A program made the translations under genes and the position numbers. Below are positions 33,210 through 43,830 of a stretch of 63,061 nucleotides of DNA, piece after piece. How positions within the stretch are numbered: the first letter of the stretch is position 1; each line of letters opens with the position of its first letter. The notes under the pieces were generated by a model that saw only the letters and a program-made list of their open reading frames with translations, did not search any database and was not told the DNA's origin. The DNA lies in NCBI GenBank assembly GCA_030150665.1, contig JASLFJ010000029.1, forward strand, positions 1-63,061. Reading direction: 5' to 3'. The DNA comes from Enterococcaceae bacterium. GTDB lineage: Bacteria; Bacillota; Bacilli; Lactobacillales; Catellicoccaceae.

Positions 33210-34100
33210 ATGATGGAAGAGCGTTATCAAGAATTAAAATCTGCTGAAAAAGGAGCTATTGTCAGTATTTTTTCTTATATATTTTTATCCACTGTAAAAA
33301 TTATTATCGGAAAATATACCCATTCTGATGCACTGATTGCTGATGGGTGGAATAACTTTACTGATATTTTAGCTTCTTTTGCGATTTTTATAGGCTTAAG
33401 ACTGGCAAGGCGTCCACCTGATGATGATCATAAATACGGACACTGGAAAATAGAAACCGTCTCCAGCATGATTACCTCTTTTATCATGTTAGCGATTGGT
33501 CTTGAAGTTTTAACATCATCCATAAAGACCTTTTTTGTGCCACAAAAACAAACTCCTGAACCTTTAGCGGCTGTGATTTCTTTAGCTTCTGCGTTACTGA
33601 TGATGCTTGTGTATATGTATAATAAATCCTTAGCGAAAAAGGTAAAAAGCGGGGCATTAATGGCTGCTGCTAAAGATAATATTAGTGATGCTTGGGTCAG
33701 TATTGGTGCAGCATTAGCTATTTTTACAGCTCAATTTCAAATGCCTTGGCTGGATACGCTCGCTGCTATGATCATCAGTGCCATTATTTTAAAAACGGCC
33801 ATTGAAATTTTTTTAGAAAGTGCTTTTTCTTTATCTGATGGTTTTCCAGAAGAACAACTCCATATTTATCAAGAAGCCGTCTCTAAAATTCCTGGAGTCT
33901 GTGGTGTAGGTGCTATTAGAGGAAGAACTTATGGGGCGAATATCTTTTTAGATATTGTCCTTTATATGGATCCTAAACTGACCGTACAACAAAGTCATGA
34001 TATTACTGAACAAGTTGAATTTTTACTAAAGAAAGAGTATGATGTTTTTGATATTGATATTCATGTTGAACCATTTTCCTCAACTGCAGAAAGGATGTGA
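33210..34100 (+). CDS. Cation diffusion facilitator (CDF) family divalent-metal efflux transporter
   Basis: 6 TM segments with HSDALIADGWNNFTD (TM2) and the DNISDAWVSIG (TM5) metal site, plus a C-terminal cytoplasmic domain. ATG 33210 lies 8 nt after AAGGAG. Confidence 0.85.
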   Translation: MMEERYQELKSAEKGAIVSIFSYIFLSTVKIIIGKYTHSDALIADGWNNFTDILASFAIFIGLRLARRPPDDDHKYGHWKIETVSSMITSFIMLAIGLEVLTSSIKTFFVPQKQTPEPLAAVISLASALLMMLVYMYNKSLAKKVKSGALMAAAKDNISDAWVSIGAALAIFTAQFQMPWLDTLAAMIISAIILKTAIEIFLESAFSLSDGFPEEQLHIYQEAVSKIPGVCGVGAIRGRTYGANIFLDIVLYMDPKLTVQQSHDITEQVEFLLKKEYDVFDIDIHVEPFSSTAERM

Positions 34101-34121
34101 CGTTCCTTTAGGAACACAATT

Positions 34122-34835
34122 ATGTCAGTAAAAAAACGTGCCGGCTACCAAGCAGCAAGTTATGTAACCGATGGAATGATTGTAGGTCTAGGTACAGGAT
34201 CTACAGCTTATTTTATGATTGAAGCACTTGGAAAACGCGTCAAAGAAGAAGGACTTTCTATAATTGGTGTCCCGACTTCTAAAGCTTCTGAACAACAAGC
34301 ACGTCAATTAGGAATTCCCATTAAAACGATTGATGAAGTCCCTTATGTTGATCTAACGATTGATGGAGCTGATGAAATCGGACCCAACTGGATCGGTATT
34401 AAAGGCGGTGGGGGTGCTTTATTATTTGAAAAAATTGTTGCTAACTATTCAAAACAAGTATTATGGATTGTAGATCCTTCAAAAATTGTCCCACACTTAG
34501 GCGCCTTCCCACTACCGGTTGAAGTTATTCCTTATGGTAGTGAGCAATTAATGCATCTGTTTCAATCAGAGGGATTATCCCCAAAACTTCGCTTAAAAGA
34601 AGATCACACTCCTTTTATCACCGATGGCGGACATTTTATTATTGATCTTCACCTCAGTCATATCAAACATCCAAGACCATTAGCTCAGTGGCTTACTGAG
34701 CAAGTAGGAGTTGTAGAACACGGTTTATTCATTGATATGATGTCTGAAGTCCTTGTCGGTACCCAAGAAGACGTACTTTATGCGAAAAAATCAGAAGATC
34801 ATGAAAAATTATTACAATCTCTTACGTTATTTTAA
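34122..34835 (+). CDS. rpiA: Ribose-5-phosphate isomerase A
   Basis: GLGTGSTA, DGADE and KGGGGALLFEK motifs. Confidence 0.93.
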   Translation: MSVKKRAGYQAASYVTDGMIVGLGTGSTAYFMIEALGKRVKEEGLSIIGVPTSKASEQQARQLGIPIKTIDEVPYVDLTIDGADEIGPNWIGIKGGGGALLFEKIVANYSKQVLWIVDPSKIVPHLGAFPLPVEVIPYGSEQLMHLFQSEGLSPKLRLKEDHTPFITDGGHFIIDLHLSHIKHPRPLAQWLTEQVGVVEHGLFIDMMSEVLVGTQEDVLYAKKSEDHEKLLQSLTLF

Positions 34836-34903
34836 AAAAACAGTGTACAATAGAATATAGGAACGTCTGTTCCAAAATAACTCTATAGAAAGAAGGAACG
34901 TAT

Positions 34904-35590
34904 ATGTTAACGCTTGTGTTTGTCCGTCACGGACTTAGTGAATGGAATGCAAAAAACTTATTTACAGGTTGGGTAGATGTTGATCTCAGCGAAGCAGGTA
35001 TTGAAGAAGCAAAAGAAGCTGGACGTAAAATTAAAGAAGCTAATATTCAATTTGATGTTGCTTACACTTCTGTGTTAAAACGTGCAATTAAAACCTGTAA
35101 CTATATTTTAGAAGAATCTGATCAATTGTGGATTCCACAAATTAAATCATGGCGTTTAAATGAGCGTCACTACGGAGCACTTCAAGGACTCAATAAACAA
35201 GAAACTGCAGAAAAATATGGTCCTGATCAAGTACAACTATGGCGCAGATCTTATGATACACTACCTCCACTATTAGATGCTGAAGATGAAGGTTCAGCAC
35301 ATCATGATCGCAGATATCAACATCTAGATCAACGCGTTATTCCTGGTGGAGAAAACTTAAAAGTAACCTTAGAGCGTGCGATTCCTTTTTGGGAAGATCA
35401 TATTGCCCCAGCACTACTTGATCAAAAAACAGTGCTTGTTGCAGCCCATGGAAACTCACTGCGTGCACTTGTAAAACATATTGAACATATTTCTGATGAA
35501 GCCATTATGGATGTTGAAATTCCAACAGGTCAACCACTTGTTTATCAACTCAATGATGACTTATCCGTACATAATAAATTTTATCTATAA
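34904..35590 (+). CDS. gpmA: 2,3-bisphosphoglycerate-dependent phosphoglycerate mutase
   Basis: [20 protein letters not shown] (the RHG motif), ERHYG and [10 protein letters not shown]. Confidence 0.95.
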   Translation: MLTLVFVRHGLSEWNAKNLFTGWVDVDLSEAGIEEAKEAGRKIKEANIQFDVAYTSVLKRAIKTCNYILEESDQLWIPQIKSWRLNERHYGALQGLNKQETAEKYGPDQVQLWRRSYDTLPPLLDAEDEGSAHHDRRYQHLDQRVIPGGENLKVTLERAIPFWEDHIAPALLDQKTVLVAAHGNSLRALVKHIEHISDEAIMDVEIPTGQPLVYQLNDDLSVHNKFYL

Positions 35591-35595
35591 ATAAC

Positions 35596-35628
35596 AAAAA
35601 TACGGAGCTATTAGGCTCCGTATTTTTT
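35596..35628. terminator. Bidirectional terminator (gpmA and the 71-aa ORF converge here)
   Basis: TACGGAGC-loop-GCTCCGTA flanked by AAAAA and TTTTTT. The stop codon of the minus-strand ORF sits in the loop. Confidence 0.75.
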
Positions 35629-35826
35629 ATTGTGCTTATAATAAAGCGTAATGACTCCTTCATAACCAGCATGAGCTATAAACTCGTTTTTATCCTCTAA
35701 ACTTTGGCAATACTGCCAAACAGCAACATAGTCTTTTGCAGGAACTGTTAACTCTTGAATTGTTCCTGCTCTTAATAATTGAATTTGTTCTATAAAATAC
35801 GTTAGATCATAAGACTCTTGCATCAT
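35611..35826 (-). CDS. Small hypothetical protein (71 aa) following the ABC exporter pair
   Basis: The ORF starts 11 nt after the ABC gene stop and ends in the terminator. I recognise no family for it. Confidence 0.5.
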   Translation of the reverse strand: MMQESYDLTYFIEQIQLLRAGTIQELTVPAKDYVAVWQYCQSLEDKNEFIAHAGYEGVITLYYKHNKKYGA

Positions 35827-35837
35827 CGCATTCCCCT

Positions 35838-37607
35838 TTATTCAAATACAAACTGATTTTCATAAAGCTCTGCATAAAATCCTTGTCGGGCAATAAGCTC
35901 ATCGTGAGATCCTTCTTCAATCACAACACCCTCTTTTAATACAACAATGCGATCTGCATTTAAAATAGTTTTTAAGCGGTGCGCAATCACAAAACTCGTT
36001 CTCCCTTGAATTGCTTCATCCATTGCGGTTTGAATTTTAGCTTCGGTCACCGTATCTACATTACTTGTCGCTTCATCTAAAATTAAAAATGAAGGATCCG
36101 TAATAATCGTACGTGCAATACTGATTAACTGCTTTTGTCCTGTACTAAAAATATTATTTTCTTCTGTAATCCGTGTATCATACTGCTCGGGTAGCGTTTC
36201 GATAAAGTCATGAATATTAGCTTGTTTTGCCGCATAAATCACTTCTTCTTTAGTCGCATCTGGCTTACCGAAAGCAATATTTTCAAAAATAGTTCCTGAA
36301 AATAAAATAGAATCTTGAAGCACAATCCCTACTTGTGATCTTAAGCTAGGTAGATCAATGGTTCTAACGTCTCTTCCATCGTATTGTACAGAGCCTTCAT
36401 TAACGTCATAAAAGCGCGTCATTAAATTCATAATGGTCGTTTTCCCAGATCCAGTCGGTCCTACAAGGGCAACCATCTCCCCTTTATTGACGCGAATCGT
36501 TACATCTTTTAAGACGTAATGATCTTGATCGTAACCAAAAGAAACATTATCGAGTAAGACTTCTGAGACAACCCCATTAAATCGATACCCATCTTTTGGA
36601 TTTTGTTCTTCTTCTTGATCAAAGACTTCATTTAATCTTCCAGCACCTGTAATGGCTAATTGAATCATATTATAAACAGAAGAAATTTGCATCATCGGTT
36701 GATAGTATTGCTGAGAATATTGAACAAAGGCAACGACAAGTCCTAACGCTACAGAACGCTCTAAATCCCCATTAAGTGCTAACCAACCGCCAAAGAAAAT
36801 CACAATCGCTGTATTTAAAAATGACATCCCTTGCATCGTTGGAAATAACAGTCCTGAATAAAGCTGTCCTTTAAACGTATCTTTGCGCACTTGTTCATTT
36901 TTTTCTAAAAATCCATCAATGGTCTCATCTTGCAGGCCATAAGTAATGATTACTTTTTGTCCATTTAACTTCTCATTCATATATCCATTTAAAGCACCAA
37001 TCGCTGCTTGTTGTTTATTTACATAGTGTCTTGCTTTTGTAATAATCAGAACCGCAAATAAAATCGCAACCGGTGTTGAGGCAATCGTAATCCAAGCCAT
37101 TTGTACATTTTCTCGAAACATCATAATAATAATTCCGATAAATAAAGCACTATTGCTTAAAAATTGGAGTACCGCTTGGTTTAAACTATTTTGAATATTA
37201 TCTAAATCACTGGTAAAACGACTTAAAATCTCACCATCTTGATGCTCATCAAAAAAACGAATGGTTAAATGTTCTAATTTATAAAACAGTCCCCAACGCA
37301 TTCGGTTAGTGGAGTATCCTACCACACGACTAAATAAAATACTGTAAATAAAACTTGCTGCACTTAAACATAAATAAAAGAGCACCAGTTTCCAAATCAC
37401 AGCCACAAACTTCGTCTTATCATCAACACCGTGCATTAATCCTCCGGCATAGTTAGCCAGCTCTTGAAACGCTTCTCCGATATATTTAGGTGCATGAACT
37501 TGGAAAAATGTAGCAGCAATAATACCTACAATAATAAAGAAAAACATTCCTTTATAAGCTTTGAAGTAGCGAAAGAAAAATCGCCATGCTTTATTAAAAT
37601 CACTCAT
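35838..37607 (-). CDS. ABC exporter, fused permease/ATPase subunit (heterodimeric multidrug-type, LmrCD/YheIH-like), subunit 2
   Basis: 6-TM domain, Walker [10 protein letters not shown], signature [12 protein letters not shown] and Walker [12 protein letters not shown] 37607 overlaps the upstream stop by 8 nt. Confidence 0.88.
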   Translation of the reverse strand: MSDFNKAWRFFFRYFKAYKGMFFFIIVGIIAATFFQVHAPKYIGEAFQELANYAGGLMHGVDDKTKFVAVIWKLVLFYLCLSAASFIYSILFSRVVGYSTNRMRWGLFYKLEHLTIRFFDEHQDGEILSRFTSDLDNIQNSLNQAVLQFLSNSALFIGIIIMMFRENVQMAWITIASTPVAILFAVLIITKARHYVNKQQAAIGALNGYMNEKLNGQKVIITYGLQDETIDGFLEKNEQVRKDTFKGQLYSGLLFPTMQGMSFLNTAIVIFFGGWLALNGDLERSVALGLVVAFVQYSQQYYQPMMQISSVYNMIQLAITGAGRLNEVFDQEEEQNPKDGYRFNGVVSEVLLDNVSFGYDQDHYVLKDVTIRVNKGEMVALVGPTGSGKTTIMNLMTRFYDVNEGSVQYDGRDVRTIDLPSLRSQVGIVLQDSILFSGTIFENIAFGKPDATKEEVIYAAKQANIHDFIETLPEQYDTRITEENNIFSTGQKQLISIARTIITDPSFLILDEATSNVDTVTEAKIQTAMDEAIQGRTSFVIAHRLKTILNADRIVVLKEGVVIEEGSHDELIARQGFYAELYENQFVFE

Positions 37608-39324
37608 GTTGATCTCCCTCCTTCGCTTTTTGTGTTTCATAAATCTCTTGATATACTGGATTATTTAAAACTAACTCGTCATGAGTTCCTACACCTACTA
37701 ATTTCCCTTCATCTAAAACAAAGATTCGATCTGCATGAACCACAGAAGAGATTTTTTGAGAAATCACAAGTGTCGTTGTTCCTTTAAGCTCTTTATTTAA
37801 AGCTTCTTTAACTAATTTTTCAGAACGTGCATCCAGTGCGCTTGTACTATCATCTAAAATTAATATTTTAGGTTTACCAACAACCCCTCTTGCAATCGAC
37901 AAACGCTGTTTTTGTCCACCTGAAAAATTATTACTACGCTCTTCAACAACAGCATCTAACTCATCAGGCAGGGCACCAATAAACTCTTGAGCTTGAGCAA
38001 TATTAGCTGCCCAATTCAACTCTTCTTCAGTTGCTGTAGCGTGACCATGTCTTAAATTTTCTTTAATGGTTCCTGAAAATAAAATTGCTTTTTGCGCTAC
38101 TAAAGATACTGTTTTTCGAAGATCTTCTTCATTAATCTCTTTAAGCGGTACGCCCCCAATTGAAATACTGCCTTGGGTAGGATCATAAAGTCTTGGAATA
38201 AGCTGAGCAAGCGTTGATTTTCCTGATCCAGTCGCACCAACAATACCGATCATCTCTCCATCGTTAATATGAAAAGATATGTCTTTTAATGTATCTTCTT
38301 CTTCTCCAGGATAAGCAAAAGAAACTTGATCAAATGTAATTTGACCGTCTAATTCTTGATGCGGTGTATCTGGAAAAACAATATCTGGACTTACTGCTAA
38401 AATTTCTTTAATTCGTCCTAATGACACAATCGCACGTGAGACCATCATAGTCATCATACCACCAATAATAATAGACATCATAATCTGCATTAAATAACTC
38501 ATAAATGAAGCGATTTTACCAACGACGGTAGGATCTGCTTTCACAAGATGACTCGCAAAATAAATAGAGCCTGCCATTGCTAAATAAGCAGCTAACATAA
38601 AGGAAGGAACAATAATTGAAAAAATGGTGCCGACAGTAATATTATGTCGTGTTAATCGGTCACTTTCTTCTTTAAAACGGGCTAACTGATTGTCTTCTTG
38701 AACAAAAGATTTAACAACACGAATCCCTTGTAAGTTTTCTTTTGCAATATTATTGGTTTTATCAATTAATTTTTGAATAATACGAAAATGTTTTCCCATT
38801 CTTGTAAACGAAAGCCCTGTAATCGTTACAACAACGACAATAAGTAAAATAATAATCCACCATAATTGTGGAAGAGTATACATCGCTAGCGCAAAACTTC
38901 CAATAAATAAAATAGGAATCCGAAACAGCGACTGTAAACTAATCATCACCATATTTTGTACTTGGTTCATATCATTGGTTAAGCGAACCGCTAAATTTCC
39001 TGCTGAAAACTCTTCGATGTTTCCAAATGAAAACGTCTGTATTTTTCGAAACGTCCGTTCTCTAAGATCCGCACTCACACCTTGTGATACTTTTGCCGCA
39101 AAAAAAGTATTTAGCACTCCTGCTACTAAACCGACTAAAGCAATCACAACTAACTGAATCCCAAGACGTTTCATTTCTTGTTGATCATCTTGCATAATCG
39201 TTTCTAATACTTTTTGTAATAACTTAGGTTGCCAAAGTGAAGAAAAGACCATAAATACAACCGCAATCATAGAAGCGATAATGGTTTTTCTATACTTTTT
39301 TGCATGTTGAAACACTAAATCCAT
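37600..39324 (-). CDS. ABC exporter, fused permease/ATPase subunit 1
   Basis: 6-TM domain, Walker [10 protein letters not shown], signature [13 protein letters not shown] and Walker [13 protein letters not shown]. Confidence 0.88.
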   Translation of the reverse strand: MDLVFQHAKKYRKTIIASMIAVVFMVFSSLWQPKLLQKVLETIMQDDQQEMKRLGIQLVVIALVGLVAGVLNTFFAAKVSQGVSADLRERTFRKIQTFSFGNIEEFSAGNLAVRLTNDMNQVQNMVMISLQSLFRIPILFIGSFALAMYTLPQLWWIIILLIVVVVTITGLSFTRMGKHFRIIQKLIDKTNNIAKENLQGIRVVKSFVQEDNQLARFKEESDRLTRHNITVGTIFSIIVPSFMLAAYLAMAGSIYFASHLVKADPTVVGKIASFMSYLMQIMMSIIIGGMMTMMVSRAIVSLGRIKEILAVSPDIVFPDTPHQELDGQITFDQVSFAYPGEEEDTLKDISFHINDGEMIGIVGATGSGKSTLAQLIPRLYDPTQGSISIGGVPLKEINEEDLRKTVSLVAQKAILFSGTIKENLRHGHATATEEELNWAANIAQAQEFIGALPDELDAVVEERSNNFSGGQKQRLSIARGVVGKPKILILDDSTSALDARSEKLVKEALNKELKGTTTLVISQKISSVVHADRIFVLDEGKLVGVGTHDELVLNNPVYQEIYETQKAKEGDQHE

Positions 39325-39353
39325 ATCATCCCTACTTTCTTAAATTAATCATC

Positions 39354-39794
39354 TTAAAGCTCTAATGCATCATTTAATGCATCAATCACTTTCTGACTTA
39401 CATGATATAGACATTCTTTTTCTTCTTCTGTAAGACAAGAAAATATAGCAATCGTATCTTTACCGCGCTCTTTCATCTCTAACACCCTGGCTTTGCCTTG
39501 GTCTGTCAAACCAATCAAGCTCATCCTTCGATCTTCTTTGGACGTTCTTTTATAAATGAGTGCTTGATCTTCTAATTTATCAAGCAATTCACTTAAGGAT
39601 TGTGGACGAATCGCAAGCAAGTATGCCAGTTCTTTTTGGGAAATCTCTGACTGCATACTCAGCAGCATCAAGACTCTTCCTTGTCCGTGATGAGGCTGAT
39701 AAGTCGCACCTTCTTTAAGGCGCTGTCTTGCATAATAACGGTGTAACAGATGCACGACTTGTTGATACGATGAGACTAATGTCTGATCATCCAA
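39354..39794 (-). CDS. MarR-family transcriptional regulator (TTG start)
   Basis: Winged-helix core (ISQKELAYLLAIRPQSLSELLDKLEDQALIYKRTSKEDRR). TTG 39794 lies 7 nt after AGGAGG, and this is the first gene of the marR-ABC-ABC operon. Confidence 0.85.
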   Translation of the reverse strand: MDDQTLVSSYQQVVHLLHRYYARQRLKEGATYQPHHGQGRVLMLLSMQSEISQKELAYLLAIRPQSLSELLDKLEDQALIYKRTSKEDRRMSLIGLTDQGKARVLEMKERGKDTIAIFSCLTEEEKECLYHVSQKVIDALNDALEL

Positions 39795-39836
39795 ATGGTA
39801 TCCTCCTTTATTTTTTCTGGATTAAATTATACAGGT

Positions 39837-39865
39837 ACCTGTTTATTTTGTCAATTTAAGCTTAT
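39837..39865 (-). promoter_or_regulatory. Consensus sigma-A promoter of the marR-ABC operon with an embedded 12-bp palindrome (putative MarR operator)
   Basis: The minus strand reads TTGACA (39860-39865), a 17-nt spacer and TATAAT (39837-39842). The perfect palindrome ACAGGTACCTGT (39842-39853) occupies the spacer and abuts the -10. Confidence 0.75.
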
Positions 39866-40066
39866 CAAATAAAACATATCGAGTGAATATGACTTTCTAT
39901 TTATATTTTTAAAATCCCTTGCTTTTTAACACATTCATCATCTTATCTGTCGTTACTTACATTTAAAAACGTATTTTCTGTGAACACGCAAGAAAATCTT
40001 TCAAAAAAAGCATAGAGATAAGTCCTATGCAGGAAATAAATGACTTCATATACATTAAAAGACAAA

Positions 40067-40107
40067 ATAAAAGGCACAATCGCAACACTTGCGACTATGC
40101 CTTTTTG
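40067..40107. terminator. Imperfect hairpin terminator downstream of the permease gene
   Basis: GGCACAATCGC-loop-GCGACTATGCC flanked by AAAA and TTTTT, with two mismatches in the stem. Confidence 0.5.
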
Positions 40108-40127
40108 ATCTATGTATCATACTCACA

Positions 40128-41567
40128 TTAAGCTGTTTTTTCTTTAGAACGACGTGCAATAAACGGTAAAATCAGTCCTAAAAGTAATAGTACAATAGGT
40201 GTACAAATATTTAAAATAAATTGGAACCACCACGCTCCTGGATCTGCATCATAAGCAATTTTAGGTACCATTCCTAAAAGACAGGCAAATGCCGTAAATA
40301 AGAAGCACCACAGACCAATAATAAAGCCAAAGGTCTTATTTTTCACAAAATAATACTCTGAATTAAAGCGTTCTGCTTGTTTATTGACTAACATAAAGGC
40401 TAAAAATACCCATAAATAACGCATTGGCATCACAACTGAATTAAGATTTAACAGCCAATTATAAAGTTCATTCATATTCCCAATCCCAAGAGATGGTAAA
40501 ATAATTAATAAACTTACTAAAATACCTGTTAAAATATAGCCGTTAACTGGGGTATCACGATGATTAAATTTCGACAGTTTTTTCGGAATAAACTCATCAT
40601 CAGCATCCGCTAATAAAATACGTAACGGCGCATCAATAGAAAAAGCTAAAGCAGAAACTTGAGCCAGTACGTTAGCAGCTGCATATAAAATCATAAAGGA
40701 ATTCCCTACATGATAGTAATTACCTAACCGCTGAAACGCTTCATAAGCTCCATTGACCATTAAATCTTCTGGAATATTGTCTCCATTAAACAACATCCCC
40801 ATTGAAATAGATCCTAATAAGGCACTAATAGCTACCATCCCTGCTAAAAATAACATTCCCTTAGGAAACTCTTTAGAAGCATTTTTTGTATGATTAACGT
40901 AAGGTGAGATCTTCTCAGCACCACCGACTGCAAATACAAGCATAGATAACGTAGTAAAATAGCCAAAATTAAACGTTGGAATATACGTTTTAATACTGCC
41001 CATATCTGGAGTAGCCACTGAAGCCCCTGTTAGCTTTGGTGCAGAAACCGCAAGTAAAATAAATAAGATCGACATCACAAACATAGCCGTTCCTGCCATA
41101 CTTCCAATCCCTTTTAATGTTGAAAGTCCTCTTGAAGCAAACCATAAGAAAAATAGAAAAATACCTAAACAGATAATAGATACCGTAAGGGCTGATGTAA
41201 CTTTTACAAAGTCCCCATTGCCACGAAACAGCCAACTTAAAGCCACTAAAATCCCTTGAGGTTTTTGTGCAAGATAGGGAATATGCACGACCCAATAAGT
41301 CCAAGCAGCATAATAAGCTAGTTTAGGGGTTGATGTTTCTCTAATCCACGTTGAAACCCCACCTTCTTGATCTTTAAATGTTGAACCGAGTTGCCCGACA
41401 CTTAGTGCATAAGGGATAAAGTATAATCCTAAAATAAGTAACCAAGATACAACTACTGTTAATCCTTGATTGGCATAATTATTAACTACATTTCCTAATC
41501 CCCATACAGAGACAAAAGCAATTAAAGCAATATTATACCAACGCAGTTGCTTTTGATTCATATTCAC
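40128..41567 (-). CDS. APC-superfamily amino acid permease (YjeM / Glu-GABA antiporter-like)
   Basis: 479 aa with about 12-13 TM segments and a typical APC N-terminus (ALIAFVSVWGLGNVVNNYANQG). The substrate cannot be called. Confidence 0.8.
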   Translation of the reverse strand: MNMNQKQLRWYNIALIAFVSVWGLGNVVNNYANQGLTVVVSWLLILGLYFIPYALSVGQLGSTFKDQEGGVSTWIRETSTPKLAYYAAWTYWVVHIPYLAQKPQGILVALSWLFRGNGDFVKVTSALTVSIICLGIFLFFLWFASRGLSTLKGIGSMAGTAMFVMSILFILLAVSAPKLTGASVATPDMGSIKTYIPTFNFGYFTTLSMLVFAVGGAEKISPYVNHTKNASKEFPKGMLFLAGMVAISALLGSISMGMLFNGDNIPEDLMVNGAYEAFQRLGNYYHVGNSFMILYAAANVLAQVSALAFSIDAPLRILLADADDEFIPKKLSKFNHRDTPVNGYILTGILVSLLIILPSLGIGNMNELYNWLLNLNSVVMPMRYLWVFLAFMLVNKQAERFNSEYYFVKNKTFGFIIGLWCFLFTAFACLLGMVPKIAYDADPGAWWFQFILNICTPIVLLLLGLILPFIARRSKEKTA

Positions 41568-41744
41568 CGCTCCTTTTAAAGTTAATTGTATTTTTCATTC
41601 TAAAAAAAGAAAAACACATGCTTTTTTATTGTAACACAGCTTTTTTTATAAAACTATACCATTAAAGAAGAGTTTTTTTGTCATATAAACCATACAAATT
41701 AAAATAACTCCTAAAATGATGAATCTACGAATCCAGTTAAATAA

Positions 41745-41773
41745 TTGACACTATATACCCTATTTATTATATA
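41745..41773 (+). promoter_or_regulatory. Possible promoter for the LacI-family gene
   Basis: TTGACA (41745-41750), a 17-nt spacer and TATATA (41768-41773), about 190 nt upstream of the ATG. Confidence 0.35.
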
Positions 41774-41965
41774 AAAGCTCTATAAATAACTTACATATGA
41801 ACAATCTTATTCCTCCTTATTATTCAGCGCTTCATATTCGTCTTAATTCCGTAATTTAACAGGATCATGTATACTGTATAAGACCGATAAGTTCAATTAC
41901 GATATGTCATTGCTTATTCCATCAATTAAGATGAATCATCACTAGAAACTAAGAAAGGACCCCTT

Positions 41966-42952
41966 ATGACTACAATTATCGATGTCGCAAAACATGCTGG
42001 AGTTTCTAAATCGACAGTCTCTAGAGTCATTACAAAAAATGGTTATGTCAGCAAAGAAACTGAAGCAAAAGTAATACAAGCCATGCATGAATTAGCATAT
42101 TATCCGAGCCATCTAGCAAGACAGCTGCGCTTAGGAAAAACAAAAACGATTGGCTTTGTCTCACAAGCTTATATTGATGCTATGCAGATTTTTTTAAAAG
42201 AATTCGTTGCGATTGCTAAAGAGTATGGTTATTTTGTTCATCTTTACTTTACAGAAGGCGATCCTGACAAAGAACTGGAAATTTTAAAGATGCTTCAATT
42301 AAAACAAATTGATGGTTTATTTATTTTTACACGTACTAATGACTGGGAGATCATTGAATCTTTTGCCCAGTACGGACCTTTAGCCACATGGCATAGAAGA
42401 GAATCTAAACATCTTTATTCAGCTTACTTTGATCATTATGCTGGATATAATCAAGCACTGAACTATTTATTTAAACAAGGATTTCAAAATATAGGACATA
42501 TTATCGGCTATAGCAGCAATTTAAACACACAAGCTAGAAAAGAAGCGATTTCTGATTTTTATGCAAAAAATAAACTGATACTAAATCCCAATTGGCTCAT
42601 TACTAAGTTACCTCAACAACATAGTGGTCAATTTATGGCTGAGTATTGGTTAAAACATAAACAAGATATTGACGCATTAATTGTCTATTCAGATGCCTTA
42701 GCTGCTGAATTTTTATCAACCATTCAGCTAATGGGCTATAATGCTCCTGAAGATATTGCACTGATGAGTTTTGATAATACAGATATTAGCCGGCTTATGC
42801 ATATTACAACCATTGATTATTCTATAAAACATCAAGCCTATAACTCTTTTATCTATCTTTATAATGCATTAACACAAAGTCAGATGCCATTTAAAGAACT
42901 GAATATGACATTAATTGAGCGTAGAACAACGCAAGTGCAACAAAAACCATGA
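41966..42952 (+). CDS. LacI-family transcriptional regulator (orphan, with no adjacent sugar genes)
   Basis: HTH motif TIIDVAKHAGVSKSTVSRVITKNGYVSKETEAKVIQAMHELAYYPSHLARQLR plus a periplasmic-binding-like effector domain. Confidence 0.88.
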   Translation: MTTIIDVAKHAGVSKSTVSRVITKNGYVSKETEAKVIQAMHELAYYPSHLARQLRLGKTKTIGFVSQAYIDAMQIFLKEFVAIAKEYGYFVHLYFTEGDPDKELEILKMLQLKQIDGLFIFTRTNDWEIIESFAQYGPLATWHRRESKHLYSAYFDHYAGYNQALNYLFKQGFQNIGHIIGYSSNLNTQARKEAISDFYAKNKLILNPNWLITKLPQQHSGQFMAEYWLKHKQDIDALIVYSDALAAEFLSTIQLMGYNAPEDIALMSFDNTDISRLMHITTIDYSIKHQAYNSFIYLYNALTQSQMPFKELNMTLIERRTTQVQQKP

Positions 42953-43067
42953 CAGTGATGTTTTTAAAGATGACTGCTTAATGATGATAAACTCACTGAA
43001 TTATGATAAAATCAAATGGTATTGATGAGCTATTATCTATATGATCCATAAAAAGGAGTGAGTCATC

Positions 43068-43727
43068 ATGAAACAGATGATGAAAAGTATATGGTTTATT
43101 ATCCCAATGATTATTGCCGTACTGGTCACCTTTAATACAGCAAAAACATATATAACGCATCCAACGAGTCAAAGTCAATTATTATGTTTAGAAATGCTAG
43201 GAGCGCTCATTTTAATGTTTTTACCCTTTATCTTCAATCGCATATTTACTTATCAGTTTCCTAAAGCCATTATTTATTTTTATTGGGTATTTATGGCAGC
43301 TGCTGCCTTTTTAGGTACAGGACTCCATTGGATGGGACGAGTTCCTTATTATGATAAACTACTGCATTTTATCAGTGCTATTTTATTTACACTCATTGGT
43401 TATATCGTTGTCAATCACATGCTTAACCAACAAAAAATCACGCATCCCATGCTTTACTCTCTGCTTGTTTTTATGTTTACCTTAGCGTGTTGTACCCTTT
43501 GGGAATTTTACGAATTTACCGTAGATGCCGTTATGGATTTAAATTTACAACAATACCGCTCAGGAGCTAGCCTTTATTGTGGTCGTGATGCACTGCAAGA
43601 TACAATGCAAGATCTGTTATTTGGTGCTACAGGAAGTGCCCTTTATGTCATATACCATTACATCAAATTACGTAAACATCCTCACGCATTAAGTGAGCTA
43701 AAAATGATCAAAAAACAACCTAAATAA
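43068..43727 (+). CDS. Integral membrane protein, possibly YjdF/DUF2238 family
   Basis: 219 aa with about 6 TM segments. The motifs DKLLHF, WEFYEF and QDTMQDLLFGATG resemble DUF2238. The family call is tentative. Confidence 0.45.
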   Translation: MKQMMKSIWFIIPMIIAVLVTFNTAKTYITHPTSQSQLLCLEMLGALILMFLPFIFNRIFTYQFPKAIIYFYWVFMAAAAFLGTGLHWMGRVPYYDKLLHFISAILFTLIGYIVVNHMLNQQKITHPMLYSLLVFMFTLACCTLWEFYEFTVDAVMDLNLQQYRSGASLYCGRDALQDTMQDLLFGATGSALYVIYHYIKLRKHPHALSELKMIKKQPK

Positions 43728-43762
43728 TATAGTTCCAAATAAAAATGACCTGAATACAAAAA

Positions 43763-43826
43763 AAACACAGAATGATCTGCAAGAGCTAAGTCGTTTTAAG
43801 TAAGCTCTGCAGCCTATTCTGTGTTT
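43763..43826. terminator. Long imperfect bidirectional hairpin terminator (the membrane protein gene and glyS converge here)
   Basis: AACACAGAAT...CTGCA(A)GAGCT-loop-AGCTCTGCAG...ATTCTGTGTT flanked by A- and T-runs. Confidence 0.75.
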
Positions 43827-43830
43827 TTTA

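Noticed and set aside
40990-41304. 104-aa ORF in an alternative frame inside the permease gene. Similar nested ORFs are 6474-6692, 9459-9674, 9834-10199, 10459-10653, 12350-12565, 14575-14850, 16171-16407, 16459-16662, 24886-25089, 25521-25763, 31095-31322, 37464-37787, 38975-39157, 46384-46779, 50783-50995, 59216-59398 and 60302-60505
   Set aside because: All are embedded in or antisense to confidently identified genes. None has a ribosome-binding site or a recognisable motif.
41568-41965. Searched for a ydaO-type (c-di-AMP) riboswitch or T-box upstream of the amino acid permease and the two cell-wall hydrolase genes (2168-2276, 33013-33200)
   Set aside because: These leaders are extremely AT-rich. 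They contain none of the conserved G-rich elements (ACGGGGA/CCCA or GGGTGG..CCGCG).
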